DNA from: the human T2T-CHM13v2.0 reference genome, Homo sapiens
Assembly: GCF_009914755.1 (NCBI RefSeq)
Contig: NC_060932.1
DNA length: 64,000 nt
Reading direction: 5' to 3' (one strand)
How positions within the stretch are numbered: position 1 is the first letter of the stretch; each line of letters starts with the position of its first letter. The position numbers and the translations under genes are program-made. A model generated the notes under the pieces. It ran no database searches. It was not told the DNA's origin and saw only the letters and a list, made by a program, of their open reading frames with translations. Below are positions 1 to 13,700 of the stretch, piece after piece.

Positions 1-134
1 TGAGAAGAATCAAACTGGGTTATTGAAAAACATGTACTAAAATGAAACAAGGGGAAGGTGGCAAGGATGGGTAAAAAATTCCAAGGTCTTTTACCAGTTT
101 ACATAGGGAGAGGGAGGCCAAAAGCACAACTGGA

Positions 135-182
135 AAAAAACAAACAACAAACAAACAAACAAACAAACAAAACCCAAAAAAA
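135..182 (+). repeat. (AAAC)n / A-rich microsatellite
   Basis: aaaaaaacaaacaacaaacaaacaaacaaacaaacaaaacccaaaaaaa. Confidence 0.85.
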
Positions 183-3100
183 GGAAGCATTTGTTCAAAG
201 GAGTCCCAAGGGCTCAGGATGCCTTCAAAAGGGCTATAGACTGAAGATGAATGGCTACTCATTTAGAAAGAGAGAGGGGACCAGATGTCCCTGGTTCCTT
301 TCTCTTCCTAGCAAATACCCACTGCATGTTGTGGGATAGGAAAAAAATGTTCTCTTTCTCCCTTCATTCCTTGTATCCCTGAGTCCTAGTGATTGTGACA
401 GGGTGCCACCCATGGGTGTCAAGCAGCTTTAACCCATGTTAACAGGGAGGCATAGGGGGTGAATATATCTGCTGTTACTAATATATGCCCTATCTCTCCT
501 GCTGTCAGTAGTTCTGGAGTTCACTAGACCTCATTTATGACATGGATACTAGCATATTCTTCACTCATGAAATAGGAGGCTTGTCTTAATCAGCTGGAAT
601 TAGTCATGCTCACCTTCACCGTGCCTTTTAACCTCCATTGTCATCTGCCTCTGGATTTCTCAGATCCAGGATTCTTTCCTAGGGCTTCAACCTGAAACTT
701 GGAACTGAGGTTGGGACAAAAATGTGTCTCAGGGGATTGCATGGACTCCTTATCATGAGCTGAATGCTAAGATGAAGCTGTGAAATTGAGTCCTCTTTCC
801 ACAAGGGAGAGAAAAGAATGTCTTGTGACACACCCAGAAGACTAGTGGCTATAGTTATGCTTGCTAAGATTTGGGTGGGCACCCTATTTATTCCCATCAC
901 TCTACAGGATTTGCAGGATAATTGCCCAGAACTAGAATATTAATCCAGATTTTTACATTACCCATCTCTTTTTGTTTCTTCTGAGCTGCAGTTGAGGATT
1001 GCTAGTTGGTTCACAGAAATAAGCAGGGTTGGTCTAAAATGTAGGCAAAAATGCCCAACTAATGAGTTTAGAATTTAATGACAAATGTATAAGTTTTGAA
1101 ACATAATCTTTATTCCGTCCTCTTTTCTGTTAAAAACAAATCATGATAGGACTGAGTTGTTTGTGAAATAAACTTTAGTCTTATACTTGGCCTGATTATT
1201 TGTATAAAGTGCAGCAAGAATAATTATTTCTACATAGGTCTTTGACATTGGCTTTGATGGAACTCTGTTCCACAAGAAATTTCAGAAATTTCAGACTTTC
1301 TAAAGTCAAGCCTAGCCATGGGTTTGTACCACCAAATACTTATGAGTTGTGTGATCCTCTCCTCTTATGGTCCCACGATTAACCTGAAGCTCCTGGGCTT
1401 GTCAGAGAGTGTCATTCTTTACTTACCACTGATCAGAAACCATAGAGAAGGACTGTGTAGATGAGGTATGAGGCCAGTCTTCCCAGGGGGCTTTGATTGG
1501 CTCTGCAAGTTGAGCTTGACTCCTCAAAGGGAAACATACCCTTTCAGTTAAGGCCTTGGTAAAACAACCAGTTTCTCCAATTGTGTCCTGTTGCAAAGGA
1601 AAGTGGATTATTATTGCACTGATACAAATAGCTATATTGCCGTAAGTTAAGAATACTCACAACTATTTTTCAAATTCTGGAGAAGCCAGGCAGAGAGAGA
1701 CATACATTCTTCAAATTTTGTTCACAGGAGTACACATTACTCACATATTAAAGGCTGTCACTATCTCAAGATAAGTTTCCTTCACTCTGGTAAACAATAC
1801 AGGGATCAGTAATGTTACAAGCAAAAGTCAGAAAGATTACTTTGGATTTCTATTAGTCAACTGCATTCAGTTAACTCTTGTTTTGTTTGGTATTCATGAA
1901 CATTTTAGCTCTTCATGAGTCCTGTATGTTTTTCCTGTATTCCAGTGTCACAAGCTCCAATGTTATCAGAAGCCTGCATTTGAGATCACCTGTCAAAGTT
2001 TTATACCTGATTAAAAACCATTTTTTGAAAAAATCAAAACAAGGCAACAATTGTCTGTGTATAACAAAATGTCCAGAGTAGTTACAGTCAGAAACATGAT
2101 TGACAAAAAATTTTGCTTATTTCTGTTGGTTTACAATAACTTAACATAATAACCTAATTGTGGTTGATAGCTTATACTTCAGACATTAGAATTTTAGAAA
2201 TCCCATACAATTTTGGAACTTATATTAGTATTATTCACCAAAATATTACCTAAAGAATATTGAACACCATTTTGGCAATTCCATGTAACTAAACATGTCA
2301 TATAACCCTATTTACCTCTCTTGTGGGTACTCCAGGGGCCCTCTTTAGCATCTAACAGCCAGTAGTTAGAAAAGACAATTTTGTAACTGAAGTTTGATTT
2401 TCAGAAGGATGTTAAATGTTAGGGGTTTAAAACACTTGATATTATGAAATAAAATTCCAGACTCCCATAAATTACTTATTTAACTGAAATGATGACTTAA
2501 AAATGTAGAAAGCAAAAACCTTTTAAAATTATTTACAAATTTTGCTAAAGAACAGATTAGTGCCTTATGAGGATCTTGTGCTTTTATTTCAATGCTCAAT
2601 ATACAAAAAACCCACATAATAGATTTCTGAATTTAATTAATGTTCACACACAGAATTTCTTTGGCAAGATTTATTTTAACAATCCTTCCACAACTTGTTT
2701 GAACTGTTAGCTTTATCTTATCTAATTCAAAACAATTGTTTGACCCTAGGCAAAAATTTATATTTTCATCCCTTCTTATAATCATTTATTAAAAACACAT
2801 TTTACTGTTATTGCACACCTTGTATGTAAATCTACTTCCAGTGGCTTCAATTACATGTTATAATGGTAACTTCTAGCAATTTTAACTTTAATGTGAAACC
2901 AGGTAAATTGTTGTAATTATGTGCTAGGTGCAGCCAAGGGTTTGACTCCTTTCAGCATAATTAAGGGTGTGGTTAATTCCATGTGTCCTCAGGCCTTACC
3001 AATTGTGAGGCAAAGTTGAGCTGTTCTCAAAAACCAAAAAATAGTTTATAACCTTAAGACATTTAGCAAACCTAGTATCTGACCTGCATAATTAAGTCCA

Positions 3101-4395
3101 CCTACTCATCTATTGATCACATTTGTGTTTTGCGGATAATCTTTTAGGTTGTTTTTATTTCTCAAAGATTAAAAGTCATGTGAACTAACACGTACACAGT
3201 TTTTATCTTCCCTTCAAAAAATATTTGATCCAAGTTCTTACCATTCTTTAAGTCAATTTATTAGAGCTCTGTTTTATAGACATCACACACATAACACATA
3301 TATAACTACAGACAGGCAGAAGAAAACTCAGTAACCATAAGATTTATTATTTGCCAATTTCCTGATTGAATTACTGGCCTCTCATGCATGTACTAGAGTG
3401 GCAAGACAAAATGAAGGAAAAAAATCAGTTGGCTGAGAAAAAACCTTTTCCTAGCAAAACAAGATCCCAGAAGAGAAAAATATAAAGATCTTTTAAATAT
3501 AGCTATAATTTGGGTATCCACTTTTAATTAAGTTGAGCACTCTTTAAGAAAGTCTTTTAAATTCCTTATTACCTGACTCTAGCAGCACCAAGCAGCCAGT
3601 ATTTCTGGCATTCAAACTTTACCAAAGTTAACTTACCAGGTGCTCAGAGGAAAAAACAATTTAGGGCAGTTTGTGAAGGGAAAGAAAATCAGAAAATCTC
3701 AAAGGTTACATGCTGATATAAAATCAGAAGGGACTTATTGCCTAAGCCAGGATTAAACCTGGGCCACCATTGTAAAATGGCAGAGGCCAAAACAAAACAT
3801 TGCCACGTGGTTACAGATCATGCTCCTAAAAACATAAAACAAGATGGAGGCCTGCAGCAAAATGTCCTAACAACCATAGAGAATGGCATACAAAGCACAC
3901 CAGATTGGCCACAGCTCCAGACCAACCTCACAAATACCCTTTCACAGTGAAAACTCTACAAAGAATATAAGCAGTGATCGTTGGGATCCTAGCCCAGCAA
4001 AACATTTTCTAAGAAGAAAAAAAATAGCCTTTTGATTAAAAGTAAACTGCTGACAGGGTAAAGGAAAAAAATAAGGCTTAGGTGTAGGGCAGGGAAAAAA
4101 ATTTTCATTCTTATGCAAATGGGTTCCTTCAACAGAGAGAAAAACTTAATTGCTGTTGGATGAGGCTGGGTCCCTTGGCCGATGAAGGGGAAGATACCAC
4201 AAATGCCTGCCATTTTCCAGCCCATAGGAGATGGGGGTGAGGAGCCGCCATTCACCTGTCTATCCCGCATGTGCTTAGGGCTGTTAGAGTGGGGTGGTGC
4301 ACAGTTTCCTCTACCCTTGGGAGAAGTCCAAGGATGAAAAGGCATACAAACAGAAGAGAAAAAGAGTTTTTAGTTTACCTCTTACCCTTCCTCAA

Positions 4396-4414
4396 GCCCC
4401 ACATCTAGACACCA
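4396..4414 (-). promoter_or_regulatory. Degenerate primer-binding site (tRNA-Lys-like)
   Basis: Minus strand TGGTGTCTAGATGTGGGGC lies 3 nt after the LTR ...CAACA end and resembles TGGCGCCCAACGTGGGGC with CpG decay. Confidence 0.6.
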
Positions 4415-4417
4415 AAA

Positions 4418-4843
4418 TGTTGTAGAACTTTCTCCTTAATTCAGCTAAAACCAGGATCTTGTAACATAACCAGGAGCAAATAGGCTAACGAACACACTGA
4501 AGGTTGAGGAGTAAAGTTTATTGGGCAAAAAGGAAAAAGAAAAGAAAAACTGTCAGCAAAGTGAGACAGACTCCTGTTAACAGGCCACCACCTCACAGAT
4601 TGATGAACACCAGGTAACCACATAGCAACTGAATAGTCCAGGCTCCTCCCCTGCCAAAAGGTGTGAATTTCCATGGCTCCACCTCCTTTTCCCAGTGCAC
4701 AGGTGGGCGTTATTCAGAGAGAAACAGTCAGGAAAGGGCTGGCTTCATCCTAAACCGGGAGTCCAATTTTTCAGCCTTCAGGCTGCTTTAGGCTTAAAAG
4801 AGGAGTTTCGCCCAGGACCCTTGACTGTCTCTTGTCTCTAACA
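4418..4843 (-). mobile_element. 5' LTR, MER61-like
   Basis: TG...CA termini (tgttagagac...acaaca on minus), AATAAA on minus (tttatt ~4517), followed by the PBS. Confidence 0.75.
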
Positions 4844-4884
4844 CTCAAAGTGGGAAAAGGTCCTTTGGCTATCTCCTGTCTCTA

Positions 4885-4980
4885 TCACTCAAAATGAGAA
4901 AAGAACAGTCTCTTTAACAAACGGGTTGGAGAATACTGAATATCCAAATGATAAAAAATAAAGCTGAACCTTACCACAAG
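4885..4980 (+). mobile_element. Old L1M ORF2 fragment (insertion target of the ERV)
   Basis: gaaaagaacagtctctttaacaaacgggttggagaatactgaatatcc resembles L1 gaaaggacagtctcttcaataaatggtgctgggaaaactggatatcc. Confidence 0.55.
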
Positions 4981-4999
4981 CATGAACTTAAAATGAAGT

Positions 5000-5497
5000 A
5001 AGATTTATTATTTACAGTTGTTGTAAATAATTTTTTTCTTGAATTTCTTTTTCAGGTGGCTTGTTCTTGGCATGTAAAAGTGCTCCTACTAATTTTTTAT
5101 GTTAATTTCATATTCTGCCACTTTACTGAATTTCTTTATTAGTTCTCCATTTTTAGTGTAGTATTTAAGTTTTACTATAAAGACAATTATGTGATCTGCA
5201 AAGACAATTGGAATTTCTCCTTTTTTATTTGGATGTCTTTTATTTCTTTCTCTTGCATAAATAATCTGGCTGGGACTTCCAGTACTCTGTTAAATAAAAG
5301 TAAAAGCAGACATCATTGTCTTGTTCCAGGTCTTAAATAAAAAGCTTTCTTCTTTTCTTGTTCAGTGTGATATCAGCTATTGATTTGTCATATTTTGCCT
5401 TAACTGTGTTGAGACACAGACCTTCTATACGTAATTTGTTCAGTTGTTTTAATCACAAAGGCATGTTAAATTTTTCCAAATACTTTTTCTGCATCTA
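5000..5497 (-). mobile_element. Old L1 (L1M) ORF2 RT segment, inverted part
   Basis: Minus strand ctttgcagatcacataattgtc is a degenerate FADD motif; L1 ORF2 similarity throughout. Confidence 0.75.
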
Positions 5498-5580
5498 GAA
5501 TAAAAAATAAAGGAGTTTAGTAGTTAACTTAATTAAAAAGATAAACACAGTCTACACTATAAGTTATAAAACTGATGAAG

Positions 5581-5867
5581 GTCCAGGCACAGTGGCTCAC
5601 GCCTATAATCTCAGCACTTTGGGAGGCCAAGGCATGGATCATGAGGTCAGGAGATCGAGACCATCCTGGCTAACGTGGTGAAACCCCGCCTCTACTAAAA
5701 ATACAAAAAAATTAGCCAGGCGTGGTGGCAGGTTCCTGTAGTCCCAGTTACATGGGAGGCTGAGACAGAGAATTGCTTGAACCGAGGAGGCAGAGCTTGC
5801 AGTGAGCTGAGATAGCTCCACTGCACTCCAGCCTGGGCAACAGAGCGAGACTCCATCTCAAAAAAAA
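5581..5867 (+). mobile_element. Alu (AluY/AluSc8-like), full length
   Basis: Dimeric Alu with A tail; 13-bp TSD aaaactgatgaag at 5568-5580 and 5868-5880; diagnostic ctggctaac and gagcttgcag. Confidence 0.95.
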
Positions 5868-6767
5868 AAAACTGATGAAGAAACTAAAACATGAAAAATT
5901 TGAGAGATATTTTTTGCTCATGAGTTATAAAAAACATTGTTAAAATAGCTATGCTACTCAAGGTAATCTACAGATTCAATACAAATTCTATAAAAATACT
6001 AATGACATTTTTTTCACAGAAATGGAAAAAACAGGCCTAAAATTTATAGGGAACAAAAAAAAAAAAAACTCCCCAAATAGCCAAAGTAAGCTTGCGGAAA
6101 AAGAACAAAGTTGAAAGCATCAAACTACCTGACTTCAAAATATACTGCAAAGCTATAGCAAGCAAAAGAGCATGATACTGGCATAGAAAATGGACACATG
6201 GACCAAAGTATCCAGTGATCCCAGTAATAAATTTATAAACCTAGAGCCAAGTAATTTTTAAGTTATTTGAAACACACATTTAAGAAAAGTCAATCTTTTC
6301 AATGAATTGTGCTAGGAAAATTGATTATTTAAATGAATACAACTAAGTGCCTCACTGTTACCATATTAAAACAACTTAATTAAAAATAAATAGAAGATTT
6401 AAATGTAAAACTCAAATTTATAAAACTATTTGAATAAAACATAAATTCTTTACCAAATAGGACAGAAAAAAAATTTTAATAAGACCTCAAAAGCACAGGC
6501 AACAAAAGCAAAAGGAGACAAGTGAAATTACCAGAATCTGAAAAAAATTTACATAGCAAAAATAAATTAACAGAGTGAAAAGACAACCTACAGTGTGGGC
6601 AAATATATTTGCAAAATATACATATGACAATGGATAAACATACAAAATATATAACAAATTTAACAGCAAAAATAACACACAATTTAGTAATAGGCAAGAG
6701 ACCTTAAATGACATTTCTCCTAAGAAGACATACAAATGGCCAAGTACATGCAAAGATGCTCAACATT

Positions 6768-7625
6768 GAAGAAAAGAATTTTCAACCCGGAATTTTATAT
6801 CCAGCCAAACTAAGCTTCATAAGTGAAGGAGAAATAAAATACTTTACAGACAAGCAAATGCTGAGAGATTTTGTCACCACCAGGCCTGCCTTAAAAGAGC
6901 TCCTGAAGAAAGCACTAAACATGGAAAGGAACAACCGGTACCAGCCACTGCAAAATCATGCCAAATTGCAAAGACCATTGAGGCTAAGAAGAAACTGCAT
7001 CAACTAATGAGCAAAATAACCAGCTAACATCATAATGACAGGATCAAATTCACACATAACAATATTAACTTTAAAAGTAAATGGACTAAATGCTCCAATT
7101 AAAAGACACAGACTGGCAAATTGGATAAAGAGTCAAGACCCATTAGTGTGCTGTATTCAGGAAACCCATCTCACGTACAGAGACACATATAGGCTCAAAA
7201 TAAAAGGATGGAGGAAGATCTACCAAGCAAATGGAAAGCAAAAAAAAGCTGGGGTTGCAATCCTAGTCTCTGATAACACAGATTTTAAACCAATAAAGAT
7301 CAAAAGAGACAAAGAAGGCCATTACATAATGCTAAAGGGATCAATTCAACAAGAAGAGCTAACTATCCTAAATATATATGCACCTAATACAGGAGCACCC
7401 AGATTCATAAAGCAAGTCCTGAGTGACCTACAAAGAGACTTAGACTCCCACACAATAATAATGGGAGACTTTAACACCCCACTGTCAACATGAAACAGAT
7501 CAACGAGACAGAAAGTTAACAAGGATACCCAGGAATTGAACTCAGCTCTGCACCAGGCGGACCTAATAGACATCTACAGAACTCTCCACCCCAAATCAAC
7601 AGAATATACATTTTTTACATTTTTT
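6768..7625 (+). mobile_element. Internal fragment of young L1PA (ORF1 3' end, spacer, ORF2 endonuclease), no poly(A)
   Basis: ORF1 end EKNFQPGILYPAKLSFISEGEIK; ORF2 start MTGSNSHITILTLKVNGLN at 7035; flanked by tcaacatt at 6760-6767 and 7626-7633. Confidence 0.92.
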
Positions 7626-7707
7626 TCAACATTAATTATTAGAAAAATGCAAATCAAAGCCACAGTAAGATACCAAACCACTTCAGTTAAAATGACTATA
7701 ATCAGAA

Positions 7708-10700
7708 ATGATATGTGACTGGCCCTTTCATCAGGAGGCATTGTGACATATCTCTGTGCCTATTATTTAGGTGATATGACTCTCCTCTTCTGCCTGGACA
7801 CTTCCTACAAGGGGCATTGTGCCATACAGTTGGGCATAGCCCTGAAGTTATGCGACTTTTCTGCCAGGAACTTGCCTACAAGGAGAATATTGGAACATTT
7901 CTGCCTCAGCACTTAGGTTATGTGGCTGTCATGCCTGTTTCATTACCACAAAGTAAATTTTGACGTATACCTAGGCACAGCTCACAGGCATGATAATGAC
8001 TCTCATATGTGGACCCCACAAATAGGAGTAATTTTGACTCTTGTAACTTGCTTTAGAAACACAAGTGATATCTTAGATCTCTTTCTGATAAAAAGGTCAC
8101 AGAAGATTAAAACAGCCTCAGATATTTTATAAAGCCTTTGGCTTGTACAGAGGGTGTAATAACAGAACCCAGCAGAAAAGTGAAATTGTGAGTCTCATAT
8201 GCACACCCAGCAGACAGTAAGTGCTGTCACATCTCACATATATGAAGCTGTCACTCATGAAATCAGGACATGTGTGGTATTGTAAATCTCATCTCTGGAA
8301 TATTCTGCCAATGTGATTGTGATATAAATATTTGCCAAGCATCTATGGGATTTGACTCTCCAGCCCATATATGGGATTGTGATCGCTACATGGGCCTGCC
8401 TCTAGATGATGTGATTCTCCTGCCTGGGCCCGTCCCTCAGTAAGGATTGTGACATATCACTGGACCTATCTCCTAGGTGATATGACTCAATGCTTGGGCC
8501 TCACCCACATAGAGTATTGTGACATAAAAGTTAAACCTGCACAAAGGTGATATAACTCTTTTGCCTTGGTTCTGTCCTAAGTGAGCCTTGCAACATAGCT
8601 CAGGACCCATCACCCAGGTGATGTGGCTCTTCTATCTGGTTCCTACCCATGTGTTAGATTGTGATGTATAACTAAGGAAGCACCTAGGTGATGTGACTCT
8701 CCTTTTCTGCCAGAGTCCTGCCTACTGGGGATATTGGGACATATCTCTGAGCCCGTGACCTAAGTGATATGACTCTCTTCCCCTGCCTGGGCCTTTAAAA
8801 TGGTGGGATTGTGACATACTGCTGAGCCCAGCATTTAGGTAATGTGACTCCAATCTTTTTTCTGAACCATGCCCACAAAGGGAAATGTTGACCTATTGCA
8901 CCCAGATGATGTTACTCTTCTGCTAGAGTCCTGAATAAAGAGGGGATTATTGCATACTGGTAGGCCCAGCACACTGATGATGCTATGGTCCTGCCTGTGG
9001 CACAGCCACAGAGAGTATTTTGACATATCTTCAGCTTATTCTGTAGGTGTTTTTTGTTCTCCTCCCTTGGCTAAGTTTTTCCACATGTGAAATTGTGTCA
9101 TATTGCTGGGTCCAGCACCCAGTGAATGTGACACTCCTTCCTAGATTCTGCCTAGAGAGGGCATTGTGACATGTTTGCCACATCACCTAAGTGATGTTAC
9201 TTTTTCCTAGTTTTTTGCCCAAAAATGGGATTATGACATATACCTTCCTTCAGTTCACAGGTATGATGGTCAAACTTATATTGGGATTCAGCCAATGGAG
9301 GATATTTTGCCTCTCATTGCTAGGCTTAAGTTAATAGGTAAAATCCTGGGTTGCATATTTATAGAAAGTTCACAGAAGTTTATAACACTAACTCATATTG
9401 TATAAACTCCCTGAGAGAGCTTCATAACAAGGCCCAGTACAAAGTTAAGATTGTCACTCTCAATTACACACCCAGGTGAAAGTAAAAGCTGTCACCATCC
9501 CATATTTACAAAGCCCACTGTTGAGGTACTAGGTCTAACAAGTGAAAAGAGTACAATGATGGAATCGTGACTCTCACATGTGGATCTGACTACAGGTGCG
9601 ATCGTGACTCATTTTTGGACCCAGCTCACAGGTATAAAAATGGGTACATTCTTGAACTCAGCATAAATGAGAGATGTTGACTATTATACCTGGGATTAAG
9701 GCAATATATAAGGTTGTGAGTCCATATGAGCATGTGGACCTCAGAGTAGTTTGCAACTCTCATGCATGCTGTATAAAGCCCTCAGATGTTGTAGAGGGTG
9801 TCATACGATGGCCAAGCACACATATCACATTGTGACTTATATGCACACCAAGCTAACAATTAAAAGTGTCACCCTCAATGATGAGAAGATTGTGTCATAT
9901 CACTGGGCCTAGTACCCTAGTACCTAGGTTGTGTGACTCTCCTCTTTTTCTTCAACCCTGTCTACAGAAGACATGGCACCATGTTTCTTGAGGCTATACC
10001 AAGGTGATGTGACTCTTCTGACCTGGCCCTGCCTGCGAAGGAGATTATAATACATCCCGAATTCAGAATCCAGGTGATGAGACTCTCCTGCCTTGTTTCT
10101 CCCCACAGGTGAATTTGTGACATACCTGAGTTCAGCTCACATGCATGAACATAACCATAATACCTGGACCCAGAAAGGAGAGATATTTTGACTCATGATG
10201 CCAGCCTCATGGCCATAAGTAAAGTAATGGGTCTCCTAATTGTATAAAGTTCACAGAGGATTATGACACTCAGGAATGTAATATAAAACCTGAGTGGTAC
10301 AAAGAGTGTCATAACAGGGAACAGCAACCAGGTGCGATTGACTCTTGGGTGCACACCCAGCTGACCCTAATGTCATTCTCTCACAGTAACAGGACCTACA
10401 AATAAGGCAGTAAATCTCACACAAAAGAGCAAATGAAGGTTGAAATTGTTCCTCTCATACACAGATCTGACCCACAGGTGGTTTGGTGAAGCATGATTCA
10501 GCACACCTGTGAGGCTGTGACTCCCCCACTGGAACACAATCTTCAAGTGGGATTGGGCATCTTATACATTGATTTAGCCCATTGTTGAGATTGTGACTCC
10601 TCTGCTTCAACCCAACTCACAGGAGGTGTTGACCCACATTCACGAAACCAGGACTTGTGTGGGACTGTGGAACTTACTTCGGAATATTTACTTCTGTGTG

Positions 10701-13700
10701 ATTAGGACATAAAAGTGAGCACACCTCTTCAGTGATTTGACTCTCCTTTTTAGGACATGACCACAGATGACATTGTGACATACATGGACCATACACCTAA
10801 GTAAAAATGCCTGGGTCTGCCCACAAAGGGCACTTTTACATGTGACTGGCACCAGCACCCAAGTGATATGAATTCTTTGCCTGATCCCTGACTAGGAAAG
10901 GCACTGTGGCTTATACCTAGGTCCATCATGTAAGTGATGTGACTCCCTTCTACTGCCTTGCTCCTGCACTTATAGTTCATTATGACACATAACTGGGTAC
11001 TGCACCCAGGTGATGTGACTGTCCATTTTGTGTTCTGCCAACAGGAAGTTTTGTAACATATCATTTGACTCAGCATCTTGGAGATGTTTCTCCTCTCCTA
11101 CCTTGCCCTGACCACAGGGGAGATTGTGACATATTGTTAAACCCAGCTCCAAGGTGAGGTCCCTTTCATACCTTGGTTTTGGACATAGTGGCCATTGTGA
11201 CATACATCTAGGCCAATTGCCCAGGTGAAATGAGTCTCCTTAACTTCCTAAGCCCTGCCCACAGGGGGATTTTGATAAATCACTAAAACCAGCATCCAGG
11301 TGCTGTGACTCTTCTTCCAGGGTCCTGCCCACAAGAAAGATTGTGACATCTTACTGGACAAACACCCACCCAGGTGATGTGATCTTCCTGCTTGCTCTCT
11401 GCCCACAGGTGATATTGTGCCATATACCTGAGACCAGATAAGAGGACTAATCATGACTCTTAAACCTGGAGCCAAGTCATATGCAAGATGGTGACTCCAA
11501 TTCCTGGAACCTTCCACCAGTGTTTTTGTGACCTATACCTTCACCCAGCTCCTGAGTGATTTAATAATCCGGCCCAGGTGTAGCCCACAAATGAGATTTG
11601 GACATTTGCCTCAGCTGAGCGCCTTGGTGATTTGACTCTCCTGTCTTAACAATATCCTCAGGAAGGATTGTAACATGTATCTGGACCCATCATCTAGTTG
11701 CCTGACTCTCCTCTCCTGCCTGGACCCTGCTTCCACTGGGGATTGTAACATTTCTAAGCACTTTATCCAAAAGATATGACTCTCTTGCCTGGTCATTTCA
11801 GGCTAACAGAAGACATCGTGACATATCTCTGTGCATATCATTTAGGTGATATGAGTCTCCTCTTCTGCCTGGACACTGGCCACAAGGGGCACGGTGCCAT
11901 ACATCTAGGTGTAACCCCAAGTTATGCAACTTTTCTGCCAGGAAAATATCTAAAAGGATAATATTGGAAAATTTCTGGCTCAGCATTTAGGTGACTTGGC
12001 TGTCATGCCTGTTTCATTACTACAGAGTAAATTGTGACATATGCCTAGGAACAGTTCACAGGCATGATAATGACTCTCATATGTGGACTCCACAAACAGG
12101 AGTAATTTTTACTCTCATAACTTGCTTTAGAAACACTAGTGATTAAATCTCTTTCTGGTAAAAAAAAAAAGGCAAAGAAGATTTTGATAGCCTCAGATAT
12201 TTTATAAAGCCCTTGGTTTGTACAGAGAGTGTCATAACAGAACCCAGCAGAAAGGTAAAATTTTGAGTCTAAAATGCACACCTAGCTGACAGTAAGGACT
12301 GTGATTGTCTCACATATATGAAGCCAACTGTCACTCATGAAAACAGGACATGCATGGTATTGTACATCTCATCCTGGGAATTTTCTGCCAGTGTGATTGT
12401 GATATATATCTTTGCCAAGCACCTGCGTGATTTGACTCTCCAGACTGGTTAGATCCGGCATATGTTATTGTGATATCTACCTGGACCAACCTCGAGGTGA
12501 TGTGACTCTCCTGCCTGGGCCCTGCTGTCAGTAACAATCATAACATATCACTAGATCCAGCACCCAGATCATGTTACATTTTTGCCTGAGCCATGCCCAC
12601 AGATATCACTGTGACATATCACTGTGTCCACCACTTAGGTGACATAACTCTCCTCATTAGAATGGGCCCTGAACACTGTGGGGGATAATGACATATTGCT
12701 GGGCCAGGCACACAGGTGATGCTACTCTTTTGCTAGGGACATGTCCTAAAGAGGGTACTATGACATATCACTGAGCTTATCACCAAGGTGATGTTGCTGT
12801 CCGGCTTGGGTCCTGCTTACCTGGATAGTGACATATTGCTAGTCTAGGCACACAGATGATGGTAGTCTTTCAGTAGGGCCATGCCTCAAGGAGCACATTG
12901 TGACATATCTCTGGGTCTATCACCTAGGTGATGTGACTCCCTGCTTGGGCCCTGCCCACATGGAGCATTGTGACATAAGAGTAGAACCTGCATCTATTTG
13001 TTGTAACTCTCTTGCCTGGTTCCTGTCCTAAGGGAGCCTTGTGACATACTTCAAAACCCAGCATCAAGGTGATGTGGCTCTTCTGCCTGCTTTCACCCCA
13101 CATATTAGGTTGTGTCATGTAGCTAGGGAATCACCTAGGTGATGCGAGTCTTCTCTTCTGCCTGACTCCTGCCTATTTGGGACATTGGGCCAGATATCTG
13201 AGGTTGTGTCCTAAGTGATGTGACACTTTTCTTCTGCCAGAACCTTTACAACAGGGTGACATGGCATATTGCTAAGCCCAATACTTAGGTAATATGACTC
13301 TACTTTTTTTCCTGAACCATGCCCATGAAAAGTAATTTTGATGTATTGCAGGGCCCAGCACCCAGATGATGTTCCTCTTCTGCCTGGGTCCTGCATAAAG
13401 ATAATTATGGCATATTGCTAGGCTTCCCACCCTGATGGTGTAACTCTCCTGCCTGTACCAGAGGAACAGAAAGTATTTTTACATATTTTGGACCTATTCT
13501 GTAGGTGTTTTGGCTCTCATCATTTTTCTGGTTTTTTTTTTTTTCCACATTTGGGATTGTGTCATATTGCTGGGTCCAGCACCCAGGTAATGCAGCCCTG
13601 ATTTCTAGATCCTTCCTAGAGAGGGCATTGTGACATATTGCTTGGCACAGCACCTAAGTTGTGCTATCCTCCTGCCAAGTTTCTTTCCTACAAACGGTAT

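Larger units (their letters stand above)
1..4417 (-). mobile_element. ERV1 MER4-group internal region (MER61-int-like), non-coding, runs off the left edge
   Basis: Directly adjoins a PBS and LTR at 4396-4843; no long ORF; 360-900 resembles recalled MER4-group internal sequence. Subfamily from memory. Confidence 0.7.
5498..7707 (+). mobile_element. Old L1 (L1M) ORF2 3' part, interrupted by an Alu and an L1PA fragment, truncated by satellite
   Basis: aaggtaatctacagattcaat, actacctgacttcaaaatatactgcaaagctatag and aaatgcaaatcaaagccaca are L1 ORF2 motifs. Confidence 0.8.

Noticed and set aside
6768-7625. L1 fragment copied from the neighbouring L1 at 25510-26350
   Set aside because: They differ at subfamily-type positions (caaaatcatg vs caaaaacatg, gtcctgagt vs gtccttagt, gataccc vs gatatcc), suggesting a different, slightly younger donor
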